Positions 1-9,206 of a DNA stretch of 64,000 nt are shown piece by piece. Each line of letters begins with the position of its first letter. Position 1 is the stretch's first letter. Made by a program: the position numbers and the translations under genes. The stretch is from Candidatus Kerfeldbacteria bacterium (GTDB taxonomy: Bacteria; Patescibacteriota; Patescibacteriia; SBBC01; CAIJZX01): contig JACPSJ010000001.1 of the NCBI GenBank assembly GCA_016193315.1, positions 535,478 to 599,477 on the forward strand, written 5' to 3'. The notes beneath the pieces are model-generated. The model saw nothing but the letters and a program-made list of their open reading frames with translations, searched no databases and was not told where the DNA came from.

Positions 1-1340
1 ACATTCGTGCGTTGTACCCTGGCGATGGCCGTCATCATATCCCGCCGGAGTGCATCCACCCCCCAGGCAGTCTGGTAGTCAGAAAGCCACTGGCGGACCC
101 AGCGCAAAGCTTCGGCCGTGCGGCGGTGGCTGCTATCCTGCGGAACAAGTGTGACCACAGAAAAACGTTTTAGATCTTCGTCCCAGCCAGCTGAGAAATA
201 GACGTTCATCAGTTCATCGACGTCGGTCAGCCTTCGAAACCGATCTTTGGCTAAACCTAGGGCACGTAGTTCCCACCCGCGAGGCCGAGCAGACCCCGGC
301 CGGCGCCAGAATGGTTGGACGGCTTGCCATAATTCATCGTCTGACAGATGACGCAGATACCATCCGTTGAACCAATCCAATTTTCGCTGATCAAAAATAG
401 CGGCGGCTGGGTTAACGTCTTCGAGGTGAAATTGTTTGACCATCTCTTCAGTCGACAGAACTTCTTCATCCCCTTTTGGATGCCATCCCATGAGCACCAG
501 AAAATTGCGCATCGCCTCTGGTCGATACCCTTGATCGCGCCAAGCCAAGGCTGGCATCGCGCCGTGCCGTTTCGAAAGCTTCTTGCGATCTGAACCCAGG
601 ATCAGTGGCACATGCGCGAACTTGGGCGGCGTCCAGCGAAGCGCTTGATACAACCAGAGGTGTTTCGGCACCGATGGCAGCCATTCTTCGGCCCGAATGA
701 CATGGCTGATGGCCATCAAATGATCATCCACCACCACGGCCAGATGATACGTCGGGAAACCGTCGCTCTTCAGAATAACGCTGTCGTCGAGTTGATCGAA
801 CCTAAAGGCGACCCGTTGTCGGATAAGATCGTGGTGAACAATCGATCCGTGAGTCGGCAAGTTAATGCGGACCACGGCCGACTCTCCCCTGCTTCGTCGT
901 CGGGCGACCGCTTCTGATGTAAGTGTCGTACAATGTTTATCATAGCGAGGTGGCAACTTCGCGGCTTGCTGCTGTTGTCGCAGTGTTTCCAAGCGAGCTG
1001 GGGTGCAAAAACAGTAGTAGGCTTTCTGACGGTCGAGTAATTCGGCCGCGTAACGTTGGTAAAGATCAAGACGCTGACTTTGCACGTACGGCCCGTACGG
1101 TCCTCCCTGGCGAGGTCCTTCATCGGGGGTTAAACCGTACCAGTCCAAAGCTTCTTCAATGCGCTGTGGGCTCCCCAGCACTAGTCGCTTCCGGTCGGTA
1201 TCTTCGATACGTAAGACGAACGTCCCACTGTGCTGGCGAGCGAAGAGCCAGTTAAACAGCCCGACCCAAATAGTCCCGATGTGGACCTCGCCGGTTGGTG
1301 AGGGGGCCAGACGAACGCGAACCAGGCTAGCGGTATTCAT
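1..1340 (-). CDS. gltX: Glutamate--tRNA ligase (GluRS), C-terminal part cut by window edge
   Basis: Hand translation of the reverse strand from ATG at 1340 gives MNTASLVRVRLAPSPTGEVHIGTIWVGLFNW... with a class I HIGH-type motif (PSPTGEVHIG), a KLSKR (KMSKS-type) motif and NFLVLMGWHP..FDQRKLDWFNGWY, typical of GluRS. The frame is open to position 1, so it is absent from the ORF track because it runs off the edge. Confidence 0.8.
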   Translation of the reverse strand, partial: MNTASLVRVRLAPSPTGEVHIGTIWVGLFNWLFARQHSGTFVLRIEDTDRKRLVLGSPQRIEEALDWYGLTPDEGPRQGGPYGPYVQSQRLDLYQRYAAELLDRQKAYYCFCTPARLETLRQQQQAAKLPPRYDKHCTTLTSEAVARRRSRGESAVVRINLPTHGSIVHHDLIRQRVAFRFDQLDDSVILKSDGFPTYHLAVVVDDHLMAISHVIRAEEWLPSVPKHLWLYQALRWTPPKFAHVPLILGSDRKKLSKRHGAMPALAWRDQGYRPEAMRNFLVLMGWHPKGDEEVLSTEEMVKQFHLEDVNPAAAIFDQRKLDWFNGWYLRHLSDDELWQAVQPFWRRPGSARPRGWELRALGLAKDRFRRLTDVDELMNVYFSAGWDEDLKRFSVVTLVPQDSSHRRTAEALRWVRQWLSDYQTAWGVDALRRDMMTAIARVQRTN

Positions 1341-2100
1341 GGTGGCGTTTCCAAACCTCAATCACGAAGTGCCAAGTCGCGTTCCGTACTCGTTGTCGCC
1401 GCAACCGCCCATGGTAAAATTTATTGGCGGCCAGGAAAGTATACAACCATTCCAACCCAGACCGGCTGATAATGCGCGGCGGCCGCTTGACGAGGCCGGC
1501 CCAATAGTCCAATGTTCGCCCGACCCCAATGGCGAGACGAACGTCATGGAGGCTCCGGCGATGTCGGTCAATCCACAGCTCTTGCTTTGGCGCCCCCAGG
1601 GCCACGAGCACAATATCCGGGCGAACACGGTGGATCCTCTCCACCACTCGTTGGTCGTGGAGCTTCTGCCACGGCCCACGGTAGCCGGACTCGACCCCGA
1701 CGATCCGGAGGCCTGGCCAACGATGCCGTAACTGTTCGGCTGACCGTTCGGCTGCGCCGGGCAAGCCGCCAAAGAGAAAAACGCTTTTGTCCTCTTTGAC
1801 CGCCACACGCATCAGGTCCTCAGCAAAATCGATGCCGGTAATACGCTGTCGCAACCGCTGACCGGTCAAACGCGCCGCCAGGTGAAGCCCGACACCGTCA
1901 GGTATGGATAAATCGGCTCGGTTGAGGATAGCTTGAAACCTTGGGTGGGCCGTCGCTTCGAGCAGAAATTCTGGGCCCGGTGTAACCAGGTGGTGAAACC
2001 GAGGCTGCCGGAGAAATTCTCGTGCCCGGGACACGGCTTCTCGCCGGCTAAGGTTATCAATTCGGACGTCTAAAACCCGGAGTGATTTCTGCCAAGTCAT
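1327..2100 (-). CDS. WecB/TagA/CpsF family (GT26) glycosyltransferase
   Basis: 257-aa ORF; the signature of N-acetylmannosaminyltransferase-like TagA/WecB proteins (VRIDNLS..A......L......HLVTP, GLP and DxxG-like regions); overlaps the gltX start by 14 nt. Confidence 0.65.
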   Translation of the reverse strand: MTWQKSLRVLDVRIDNLSRREAVSRAREFLRQPRFHHLVTPGPEFLLEATAHPRFQAILNRADLSIPDGVGLHLAARLTGQRLRQRITGIDFAEDLMRVAVKEDKSVFLFGGLPGAAERSAEQLRHRWPGLRIVGVESGYRGPWQKLHDQRVVERIHRVRPDIVLVALGAPKQELWIDRHRRSLHDVRLAIGVGRTLDYWAGLVKRPPRIISRSGLEWLYTFLAANKFYHGRLRRQRVRNATWHFVIEVWKRHHEYR

Positions 2101-2139
2101 AGTTGAAGTCTACCGCCAAATGTGGTATACTACAAGACT

Positions 2140-3585
2140 ATGAGATTTTTTCTGGTGGCGGTGACGGCTACGTTGCTGATCATGTTGTGGTCCGCGTTGC
2201 CGGTTGAAGCGTCACCGACAAGTTTCAACAAAAACCTCATCGTCTACGACGATGAGTTCGAAGATTGGCAGACGCTATCCGCGGCCTGGATCCAGGCCTT
2301 CCTTAACAGCCAGCCCGGCATTCTCAAGTCGTACTCGGTCAGTGGGAAACCGGCTTCGCAAATCATTTACGAGGCGGCCCAAACATACCGCCTCAGCCCA
2401 AAAGTCATCCTGGCCAACATCCAGAAAGAGTCGAGCATGGTTACCCGGACCACCTTCCCCAGCGGTCGACAGTTCTATTTGGACTGGATCATGTTCTACG
2501 GCTGGTGCGATTCTTGCTCGACTGGTTCGCAGAAGGGATTCGTCAACCAAATTATCGCCGCCAGTAATGCTTTCCGTCGGTACCTCAACAATATCGCTGC
2601 CACTGGCCATACCGGATATGGGCCAGGCCCGTGGGGTCCAGGTATCCCCTCGGCCATCAGATGTATTGACAGTGACTACAACAGCGGACGCCAATTGTGT
2701 ACCCCCGGCACCACCACCACCATCACCCCCGTCAATCGCGCCACGGCCGCCCTCTATACCTACACACCCCATCCCGGCGGCAACTACGCTTTCTGGAAAA
2801 TTTGGCGCCAATTCCGCTTTGATCTTCTGCGTAAGTACCCGGATGGAACACTGATTCGGGCCGAACGGAGTCCAAACGTCTGGCTCATCCAGGCCGGTCA
2901 GAAGCGACGTTTCACCAATAGTGCGGCTTTTTTATCACGCTATACTTTCTCGCAGGTGATCGCCGTCCCACCGGATCACCTCTGGCTTTACCGCACCGGG
3001 ACCGAAATCTCGTACGCTAACTACTCGTTGCTTTCCTCCCCGGAAGGGGGCGTCTACCTACTCGTTGGTGATCGGAAACGTCCAATTGTTTCGCGCGCCG
3101 CCTTCCAAAATGCTGGCTTCCGTTGGGAGGAAGTGGTTCGGGTGTCGTGGCGCGAACTAAATAAATTTCCCGACGGCGATGACATCACCACCGACAATGT
3201 CTACCCCTCTGGTCGCCTGCTGCAAAATAATCGCAGTGGGGTTGTTTACTTCGTCCAAGATGGGGTTCGTCACCCCATTGCCTGTCGCGAAATGTTCCGC
3301 TCGCAATTCGGACTGCGCCGCCCGCAGCCGGTGGCGCCGGCCGAGCTGGAGCGTTATCAGTGGGGCTCGCCCGTCGGCTTCAAGGACGGCGACCTCGTTA
3401 CCGCTGGTCGCACCGCCTACGTGATCTCCAAGGGCAAAAAGCTGCCCATCGCTGATCCAGCGACCTACAACGCCTATGGCTTTAGCTGGGGCAATCTTCA
3501 GCTCGTCCCAGCACCCTGTGTTGACATTCATCCGACCGGGCGGACACTCGACGCGACCGATCCAGTCCGAATTGCCGGTCACTAG
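2140..3585 (+). CDS. Secreted protein with SLT/lysozyme-like motif and four tandem ~60-aa C-terminal repeats
   Basis: ATG at 2140 gives the signal peptide MRFFLVAVTATLLIMLWSALPVEASP. The track start at 2122 is GTG, and an extended -10 TGgTATACT lies at 2121-2131. The motif LSPKVILANIQKESS resembles the SLT catalytic Glu-Ser region. Four C-terminal repeats share the pattern xVYLLxxGxKRPIxxxAFxNAGFxW (WLIQAGQKRRF, YLLVGDRKRPI, VYFVQDGVRHPI, AYVISKGKKLPI). Confidence 0.55.
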   Translation: MRFFLVAVTATLLIMLWSALPVEASPTSFNKNLIVYDDEFEDWQTLSAAWIQAFLNSQPGILKSYSVSGKPASQIIYEAAQTYRLSPKVILANIQKESSMVTRTTFPSGRQFYLDWIMFYGWCDSCSTGSQKGFVNQIIAASNAFRRYLNNIAATGHTGYGPGPWGPGIPSAIRCIDSDYNSGRQLCTPGTTTTITPVNRATAALYTYTPHPGGNYAFWKIWRQFRFDLLRKYPDGTLIRAERSPNVWLIQAGQKRRFTNSAAFLSRYTFSQVIAVPPDHLWLYRTGTEISYANYSLLSSPEGGVYLLVGDRKRPIVSRAAFQNAGFRWEEVVRVSWRELNKFPDGDDITTDNVYPSGRLLQNNRSGVVYFVQDGVRHPIACREMFRSQFGLRRPQPVAPAELERYQWGSPVGFKDGDLVTAGRTAYVISKGKKLPIADPATYNAYGFSWGNLQLVPAPCVDIHPTGRTLDATDPVRIAGH

Positions 3586-3588
3586 CCC

Positions 3589-4365
3589 ATGCCGCTCGTC
3601 TTTGCGGCCGTTGTCCCCCACGCCCCACTCCTCGTGCCGGCCGTGGCAAAAGAACATCAACGCCTGACCGCGGCCACCCGTCAGCAGCTGGCTCGTCTGG
3701 CGGAAGAGCTCCACGCCAGCCAGCCGGACGGACTCATTCTATTTACCCCCCACGGGCCAGTTATCAATGACGTCCTAGTGGCGAACGTCGCCGACGAATA
3801 CCTCGGAGAGTTGGTTGAGTTTGGTGATCTGAAAACAAGGCTCCGCGTTCGCGGCGCGCCGTGGCTGGGGCATCGGTTCAAAGAACTAGCTGAAAGTCTT
3901 CACCTGCCGCTTCAGCTGCAAACGCTTCCTCGTCTCGATTATGGAACAACGGTGCCCTTGAAATTTCTCCTGGCCGGCCAGCCGGGACTACCCATTCTAC
4001 CACTCACTGTCGCCCATCAACCAGAATCACTCCTGGTCCGTTTCGGACGAGTCGTCTCATCTGTCGTGCAGAGTGATCGTCGTCGGTACGCGCTCGTGGC
4101 TTCGGGCGACTTGACGCGTCGGTCGGAAACTACCGCTAACTTTCAACGGCCGACGGCCGAGGAGCGGGCGATGGCCGAGGCCATCAGCCGCCTCAGTATT
4201 GATCCGTTGACGGATGTTACGATCCAACCTTCAACCTGCGGTTACCGCCCGATGTATCTCCTCCTAGCAAGTCTCCAGGGCCGGCCCGGTCGAGGAGTCA
4301 TTCGTTCGTTCGAAGCGCCACTCAAGGTCGGACTACTGACCGCTGGGTTTGAACTCAATCCATGA
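3589..4365 (+). CDS. LigB-type (class III extradiol dioxygenase / MEMO-like) family protein
   Basis: 258 aa; N-terminal AAVVPHAPLLVP and LFTPHGPV His-Pro motifs typical of the LigB/DODA catalytic fold; the ATGA stop overlaps the next gene. Confidence 0.4.
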   Translation: MPLVFAAVVPHAPLLVPAVAKEHQRLTAATRQQLARLAEELHASQPDGLILFTPHGPVINDVLVANVADEYLGELVEFGDLKTRLRVRGAPWLGHRFKELAESLHLPLQLQTLPRLDYGTTVPLKFLLAGQPGLPILPLTVAHQPESLLVRFGRVVSSVVQSDRRRYALVASGDLTRRSETTANFQRPTAEERAMAEAISRLSIDPLTDVTIQPSTCGYRPMYLLLASLQGRPGRGVIRSFEAPLKVGLLTAGFELNP

Positions 4366-6152
4366 TGACTGCCCACGTTGTCCCGATCCGGGGGTTGCCG
4401 CCAGAGCACCGGTGGTTTGAGTACTCCGTACCGACCGGCTTGACGGTGGCCCCCGGCTCACTGGTCGAGATCCCGCTCCGGCGGCAACTCATCCAGGGTA
4501 TCGTCTGGGCAGTCTCAAAGAACAAAGCTCGAGCCCTCCGACCAATCAGTCGATTGTTGGCTCCGGAAGTAGTCCTGACTCCGTGGCAACGACAGCTATG
4601 TGAAACCATCAGTGATTTGGCCGCGGTCTCCTTAGCCACGGTCGTCTCGATGTGTGCCTCGACCTTCCCCAGTCGCCGGCCCGTCACCCGAGCGACTTTC
4701 ACCTCACCGATTCCAGGCGCGCCGCAACCTCCACCCCTCCCAACCGAATCGCCGCCCACCACGAACACCTGGTGGTACGGTGACCGACGGCAGGCCATCG
4801 GCTGGCTGACCGGTTGGTTGGCCGCGGGTCCGAACCGCGTGGTGATCGTCCCAACCATTGAGGATGGATGGCGGCTTTGGCACGAGGCCCGTCGGCACGT
4901 CGCCGACCTGAGATTCATTTCCAGCCAGCTGACGCCTCGAGACCATCACTGGTTAGCTGATCAAGTTCGCCATGGTCGAGTGCAGCATCTGATTGGAACG
5001 CTTCGGGCGCTCTTCCTGCCCTACCAACGTCGCCCGGAGTTTATTATTGATCAAGAAGAACATCCGGCCCACAAGCTTCGTCAGCGACTCCCCCGACTCG
5101 ACGCGCGGCCGATCATCAGCCGGCTGACGACCACAGTAATTGCCACCTCCCCGGCGCCGACGCTCCACTGGTACTGGCGTTACCATCCGTCCCCGCCACC
5201 GCCGCGCGGCCGTCGGATGCTGGTCGCCCTCGACCGTCCGAACGCCATCCCCTGGGTCAGTCAGGAGTTGCAAAGTCTGATTGATGACCTAAAGACGGAG
5301 CAGCACCTGTTGCTCATCGTACCGCGCCGAGGTCTGGCTCGGGCTATTATCTGTCAAGACTGCGGTTGGGCCATGGCTTGTCCTTTTTGCCAGCAACGCC
5401 TGAGCCTGAACCGACAGTCGCCGCAGCTGTCGATCTGTCAGAACTGTGGACGCGAGAGCCAATGGCCAGCCATCTGCCCTCGATGCCGTGGGGTCCATTG
5501 GCAGTACGCCGGATTGGCTCTCGACCGCTTTGCCCTACAGCTGCGACGCCAGTGGCCGCAGCTCGAACTCAGTACGTCCTGGCCGCCGCTGTCCTCAGCT
5601 CGACTGTGGTTGGGTACATACCAGGTGTATAGATATTTGCTTGGCTCCCCTGCCCCGCAGGCCATCGTTCTGGTCAGCGGCGACGCCTTGCTCAACTGGC
5701 CTGATTATTCTGCCGCCGAGCGGGGGTGGCAATACTTGGCTCGCTTGGCTGCCGCCGCCCCGCGGGTCCCGCTCTGGGTTCAGACCTTCGCCCCACAAGA
5801 ACCGTTTTGGCAGCGTTGGCGGCAATCTGACCATCGGGCCTGGTATGAAGATGAAATCCATCAGCGCCGGAAGCTGCAGCTCCCGCCGTGGTCCGACCAG
5901 TGGATAGCTTTCTACCGTGGCCCTGATGCGAGGACTCAGCTGGGCCGTTTGCAACAAAGACTTCGTCGCCATTCGGCAGTTAGCTGCCATCCGCTGCCGT
6001 TGATCCCCGGCCGCAGTGGACACGACCCGACCGCTCGACTTCTGGTCAGCGGCCCACGAGACCCGGGACTGTCGGCCCTGCTGCCCCGGTCTCAATTCTT
6101 TCCCTACCCGTGGCAACTCGACACCATGGTCGACAGTTGGTTGCCAAGCTGA
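4362..6152 (+). CDS. priA: Primosomal protein N' (PriA)-like, helicase motifs not recognisable
   Basis: The N-terminal 3'-DNA-binding-domain pattern (VVPIRGLP....FEYSVP.GL..GSLVEIPLRRQLIQGIVW) and the two Cys4 zinc-ribbon clusters (CQDCGWAMACPFCQ...CQNCG...CPRCRG) are PriA hallmarks. No GxGKT Walker A or DExH is seen. The gene sits in the classic priA-def-fmt context. Confidence 0.6.
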   Translation: MMTAHVVPIRGLPPEHRWFEYSVPTGLTVAPGSLVEIPLRRQLIQGIVWAVSKNKARALRPISRLLAPEVVLTPWQRQLCETISDLAAVSLATVVSMCASTFPSRRPVTRATFTSPIPGAPQPPPLPTESPPTTNTWWYGDRRQAIGWLTGWLAAGPNRVVIVPTIEDGWRLWHEARRHVADLRFISSQLTPRDHHWLADQVRHGRVQHLIGTLRALFLPYQRRPEFIIDQEEHPAHKLRQRLPRLDARPIISRLTTTVIATSPAPTLHWYWRYHPSPPPPRGRRMLVALDRPNAIPWVSQELQSLIDDLKTEQHLLLIVPRRGLARAIICQDCGWAMACPFCQQRLSLNRQSPQLSICQNCGRESQWPAICPRCRGVHWQYAGLALDRFALQLRRQWPQLELSTSWPPLSSARLWLGTYQVYRYLLGSPAPQAIVLVSGDALLNWPDYSAAERGWQYLARLAAAAPRVPLWVQTFAPQEPFWQRWRQSDHRAWYEDEIHQRRKLQLPPWSDQWIAFYRGPDARTQLGRLQQRLRRHSAVSCHPLPLIPGRSGHDPTARLLVSGPRDPGLSALLPRSQFFPYPWQLDTMVDSWLPS

Positions 6153-6192
6153 ACTTCTCCGATCTGAACAGCGATGGTACACTACGTTGGTT

Positions 6193-6699
6193 ATGGTGGC
6201 TAACATCTTACCACTCTGGTTCCTTCGCCAGCCCGATCAAGCCCGTCTCCTCCGACTGGTGGCTGGACCGGTCGTGGTGTCGACAATTCACCAGCGCTCC
6301 TTTCAGCAATTGATCGATGACATGGCTCAGACCATGGTCCATGCTCGCGGCATCGGCTTGGCCGCTCCGCAAATCGGCCAATCCATGCGCCTGGCGGTCA
6401 TCGATGGTGGGGTGGCGCAGCAGACCGAACCACTGGTGCTCATCAACCCCGTCGTCAAGCAGTCCACGCCCAATCAGGAAGCGATGGAAGAGGGTTGTCT
6501 TTCGATCCCTGGCGTCTTCGGCCTCGTCCCGCGCCCGACCGGCTTGTCCATGACCGCCCTGGATCGACGGGGGGCAACAATTTCCCTGAACGCAGTTGGT
6601 CTGTTGGCTCGCGTCATTCAGCACGAGATCGATCATCTCAACGGTCGCCTGTTCATCGACCGGGTGACGCGAATCACAGCTGGAAAGATTCCGTCATGA
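6193..6699 (+). CDS. def: Peptide deformylase
   Basis: Motifs GIGLAAPQIG, EGCLSIPG and QHEIDHLNG. The start is taken at the internal ATG at 6193 (MVANILPLW), downstream of the priA stop; the track ORF begins earlier at 6016 inside priA. Confidence 0.85.
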   Translation: MVANILPLWFLRQPDQARLLRLVAGPVVVSTIHQRSFQQLIDDMAQTMVHARGIGLAAPQIGQSMRLAVIDGGVAQQTEPLVLINPVVKQSTPNQEAMEEGCLSIPGVFGLVPRPTGLSMTALDRRGATISLNAVGLLARVIQHEIDHLNGRLFIDRVTRITAGKIPS

Positions 6700-7634
6700 G
6701 CTACCAATTGCTGGCTTTTGGGTCAGGCGAGTTTGGGTTACCAGTCTTTCGCGCCTTGGCCACCGACCTACGCTTTTCCTTCCGCGGCGTGGTTACCCAG
6801 CCGCCCAAACCGCGTCAGCGTGGGCAGCAGATCCAGCCCACGCCAGTTGGTCGCTGGGCCCAAGAACAGGATCTGGAAACTATCTCCCCGGCCTCGCTGC
6901 GTGGTTCCGATGTCGCCCAACAGATATCGTCTTTTCAGGCCGATCTGTTTCTGGTCATTTCGTACGGCCTCATCCTGCCGCCGAAGATACTCCAGCTTCC
7001 ACTACACGGCTCAGTCAACGTCCATGCTTCCTTACTACCGAAGTATCGCGGCCCGGCTCCGATTCCGGCCACTATTTTGGCTGGCGATACAACCACTGGG
7101 GTGACCCTCATGGTTGTCGATAAGGGCATAGACACTGGACAAATTCTCGGACAGTATCGGCTATCGGTTGCGCCTGATGATACTAGTCTGACACTAGCCG
7201 ACAAGCTCTCGTCCGTCGCCGCCCAGATCGTACCTGACACCGTCCGCGATTGGCTGGCCGGTCGACGACGTTCGTCCCCGCAACCAACCACCGGCATCAG
7301 CTACGCCCCTAAAATAAATCGCGATGACGGCCACGCGACTTGGGACTCGGCTCGGGGATGGCAACGGAAAATTAGGGCCTTCCAGCCGTGGCCGGGGGTG
7401 TGGGCGATGTGGCGTGGGCAGCGCGTAAAGCTTCTCGCGGCTGACGTCATTGTTCGTCAGCCGGACGTCCAGCCCGGAACGGTTGCGCCGCTGGCCGACG
7501 GTCGGTCGTGGGCCATTGCCTGTGATGACGGATGGCTGCAACCCCGCCGCCTCCAGTTCAGCGGCCACCGCCCACAATCAGCCGATACAATTCCTGGCAG
7601 CTATCCCGGTTGGCTAGGCTCGAAACTTGAGTGA
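6696..7634 (+). CDS. fmt: Methionyl-tRNA formyltransferase
   Basis: Start MSYQLLAFGSGEFGLPVF at ATG 6696, overlapping the def stop; the formyltransferase core (HASLLPKYRGPAPI) and the C-terminal domain are present; 312 aa. Confidence 0.85.
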   Translation: MSYQLLAFGSGEFGLPVFRALATDLRFSFRGVVTQPPKPRQRGQQIQPTPVGRWAQEQDLETISPASLRGSDVAQQISSFQADLFLVISYGLILPPKILQLPLHGSVNVHASLLPKYRGPAPIPATILAGDTTTGVTLMVVDKGIDTGQILGQYRLSVAPDDTSLTLADKLSSVAAQIVPDTVRDWLAGRRRSSPQPTTGISYAPKINRDDGHATWDSARGWQRKIRAFQPWPGVWAMWRGQRVKLLAADVIVRQPDVQPGTVAPLADGRSWAIACDDGWLQPRRLQFSGHRPQSADTIPGSYPGWLGSKLE

Positions 7635-9187
7635 GGCGATCCGAGCGGACGACGGGTTTTCTCGGTGATGACAAAACCCAAGTATTTACCAAACAACATC
7701 CGGCTTTGAGCGTCGAGGGCTGGTACCGACCCAAAAATGATCATCGTCAACGGTAGGAATAGCCACTGACCAATCATCATCACCCACCGGAACCAGCGCA
7801 CGTGCTGCGGCCGAACCGGTAGGATAATAGTGCTCAGAATGGCGGACACAATCAAGCCGACCATAGCCATCGTCATCAGACTTCGCAGCATGGCCGGAGC
7901 ATTTTGGACGATGGCCGAGGTCTGGCCGCTCGCCTCGGCGCCGACGAACGGCAGCCAGCCGAGGAGAAAAATGAGAATCGGCGCCGTCGCCCACGAGTAG
8001 ATCCCCTCCCACTGAATCCAAGTATATTTCACCTTCTGGCGCCAGGGGATAGCCCGGCTCCTGACAAAATTCCAAACGGAGAAAGGAAAATTCTCCACCC
8101 CGCCGTAGGCCCAACGCTGAATCTGTCTGTATTGATTACGGATGCTCAGCCACCAACTGCCACCCTGAACCGTATCCATGGAAATCGGAAGATAGAGCGG
8201 CGTGACCGAGTACTGACCATCGTAATGTAGGAAACATTGAATGAAAATTCGCGAGTCTTCACTCACCAAGTCCGTCTGCCAAAATCCCACGTCAACCAGC
8301 GCCTGGAACGGCATACTGTGTGAAGAAAAGGTAAACAGCCGATCAGGTCTCACGGTTTCGCTGAGTAGCCAGAAAGTGGTGCTGTTCGCTACCACCCGCA
8401 TGAGGAAGAGCGCGTCCCAGATGTTATTGTGAAACACTGGAATCGGCTGATAGCTCGTCCGCCAGCGCTGGGGGTGCTTCAGAAATGTATGGGTCAGATA
8501 ACTGAAGTATTGCGGATGGGCTACGGAATCAGCGTCAAACGTTGAGACCAGAACCTGCGAGTACGGTATCCGGAGACGATCAATTTCGTCCTGCGCCCGC
8601 CGCCCGGCCCAGGCGATATTCGCCCCTTTCGCTGCCAACTCTCCGGGAATATCGGCCGGGTGTTCGACCACCATAAAACGGAAAAACTCGCGTTCATAGC
8701 GGGCTAGCAGCGCGGCGGCGTTCGGTCTGGTGCTGGTGGCGTGGCGGGCTTCGGTGGCCACGACGACCATCAGCCGGTCATGCGGATAATCAACCCGGGC
8801 CAAGGAATCAAAGGTGTTGGTCAGAACGGCCAACGGCTCAACAGACACCGGGACGATCACCAAGTGATAGACCTGACGCCATCCGGGCAGTGGCCGGAGT
8901 CGATCAAACCAGTGGACCTGACTAGCCTGGCGAAACCGGCGGAAAGCCAAAAGGACGTAGACCATGACATAGAGGACACGGACCAACCAATAGACGTCGA
9001 ACACCAGGATGAAAATGATGGCCCACAGCGGAGCGACGAGGGAGACCAGAATGGCAGCTAAGAACGTTAGCCACACTGCCAGGCCAGGCATCATCTCCAA
9101 CATCCGATATTTCGTCCGCGGACTAAGATTCCGCCACCAGATGTTCGCTCTCCAGCGTGGCCGGACCATGGAATTCAAACCTACCAC
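7601..9187 (-). CDS. Membrane GT2 processive beta-glycosyltransferase (cellulose-synthase-like)
   Basis: 528 aa with N- and C-terminal TM helices, D,D,D and Q(R)xRW (RQIQRWAYG) motifs of the CesA/BcsA-like GT2 family. Confidence 0.65.
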   Translation of the reverse strand: MVGLNSMVRPRWRANIWWRNLSPRTKYRMLEMMPGLAVWLTFLAAILVSLVAPLWAIIFILVFDVYWLVRVLYVMVYVLLAFRRFRQASQVHWFDRLRPLPGWRQVYHLVIVPVSVEPLAVLTNTFDSLARVDYPHDRLMVVVATEARHATSTRPNAAALLARYEREFFRFMVVEHPADIPGELAAKGANIAWAGRRAQDEIDRLRIPYSQVLVSTFDADSVAHPQYFSYLTHTFLKHPQRWRTSYQPIPVFHNNIWDALFLMRVVANSTTFWLLSETVRPDRLFTFSSHSMPFQALVDVGFWQTDLVSEDSRIFIQCFLHYDGQYSVTPLYLPISMDTVQGGSWWLSIRNQYRQIQRWAYGGVENFPFSVWNFVRSRAIPWRQKVKYTWIQWEGIYSWATAPILIFLLGWLPFVGAEASGQTSAIVQNAPAMLRSLMTMAMVGLIVSAILSTIILPVRPQHVRWFRWVMMIGQWLFLPLTMIIFGSVPALDAQSRMLFGKYLGFVITEKTRRPLGSPHSSFEPSQPG

Positions 9188-9206
9188 GGGCGCCGGGCCC
9201 AGTCAA

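Noticed and set aside
1159-1808. Plus/minus ORFs of 95-190 aa overlapping gltX and the WecB-family gene
   Set aside because: Antisense or off-frame to two genes with clear family signatures; composition is Arg/Pro-rich noise.
2204-2854. 216-aa plus ORF and 178-aa minus ORF inside the secreted repeat protein gene
   Set aside because: Alternative-frame artefacts (Ser/Pro/Arg-rich, no RBS) fully contained in a gene with clear signal peptide and repeat structure.
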